A DNA stretch of 16,834 nucleotides, taken from positions 1 through 16,834 of the forward strand of contig JBMFIG010000030.1 of the NCBI GenBank assembly GCA_049976425.1, read 5' to 3'. This document shows, piece after piece, positions 16,698-16,834 of the stretch. The notes under the pieces are model-generated. The model saw nothing but the letters and a program-made list of their open reading frames with translations. It made no database searches and was not told where the DNA came from. A program made the position numbers and the translations under genes. Source of the stretch: Thermoproteus sp. (lineage in GTDB: Archaea > Thermoproteota > Thermoprotei > Thermoproteales > Thermoproteaceae). Each line of letters opens with the position of its first letter. Within the stretch, counting starts at the first letter, position 1.

Positions 16698-16834
16698 ACA
16701 ATTATATTTTCGCTCACAGCTTGGTAGACATAGCTTTTCTTTACCTGTTCCGGATCAGCTACATCAGCCACTATGGTCAGCTCGGCGTAGTTAGCTAAGA
16801 CGCCTAGTATTATTAGGTACTCCCTCGAATCGCC
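16694..16834 (-). CDS. C-terminal end of an unidentified CDS entering from the right edge
   Basis: Open frame GDSREYLIILGVLANYAELTIVADVADPEQVKKSYVYQAVSENIIV* ending at TAG 16694-16696 and overlapping the micropeptide stop. Confidence 0.55.
   Translation of the reverse strand, partial: GDSREYLIILGVLANYAELTIVADVADPEQVKKSYVYQAVSENIIV

Noticed and set aside
1-16834. CRISPR arrays, tRNA/rRNA genes, IS elements, inteins, C/D-box sRNAs
   Set aside because: No periodic repeats, cloverleaf or T-loop motifs, transposase ORFs or intergenic RTGATGA/CTGA pairs were found by eye; protein lengths leave no room for inteins.

Overview
Gene-dense, GC-rich archaeal chromosomal segment. Gene content and promoter layout point to Thermoproteales (Thermoproteus/Pyrobaculum-like; inference). 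It carries the 5' part of cdc48, EF-1beta, a Zn-ribbon protein, an S9 peptidase, speE, an HTH-ferritin-like fusion, a hypothetical protein, a stand-alone atpB, an RHH regulator, pheS, an orphan VapB-like antitoxin, lysX, argH, carA, EF-2, coaBC and several small ORFs. Almost every gene has its own TATA box about 25-29 nt before the start codon, implying leaderless mRNAs. Main finding: in lysX (Lys synthesis) and carA (Arg/pyrimidine synthesis) the promoter-positioned ATG is out of frame, and a -1 shift is needed at a G-GGG run within the first 3-4 codons. The codon right after the run encodes the pathway end product: AAA (Lys) in lysX and CGA (Arg) in carA. This suggests an amino-acid-sensing 'hungry codon' -1 ribosomal frameshift switch, though sequencing error has to be excluded. 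No rRNA, tRNA, CRISPR array or IS element was recognised.
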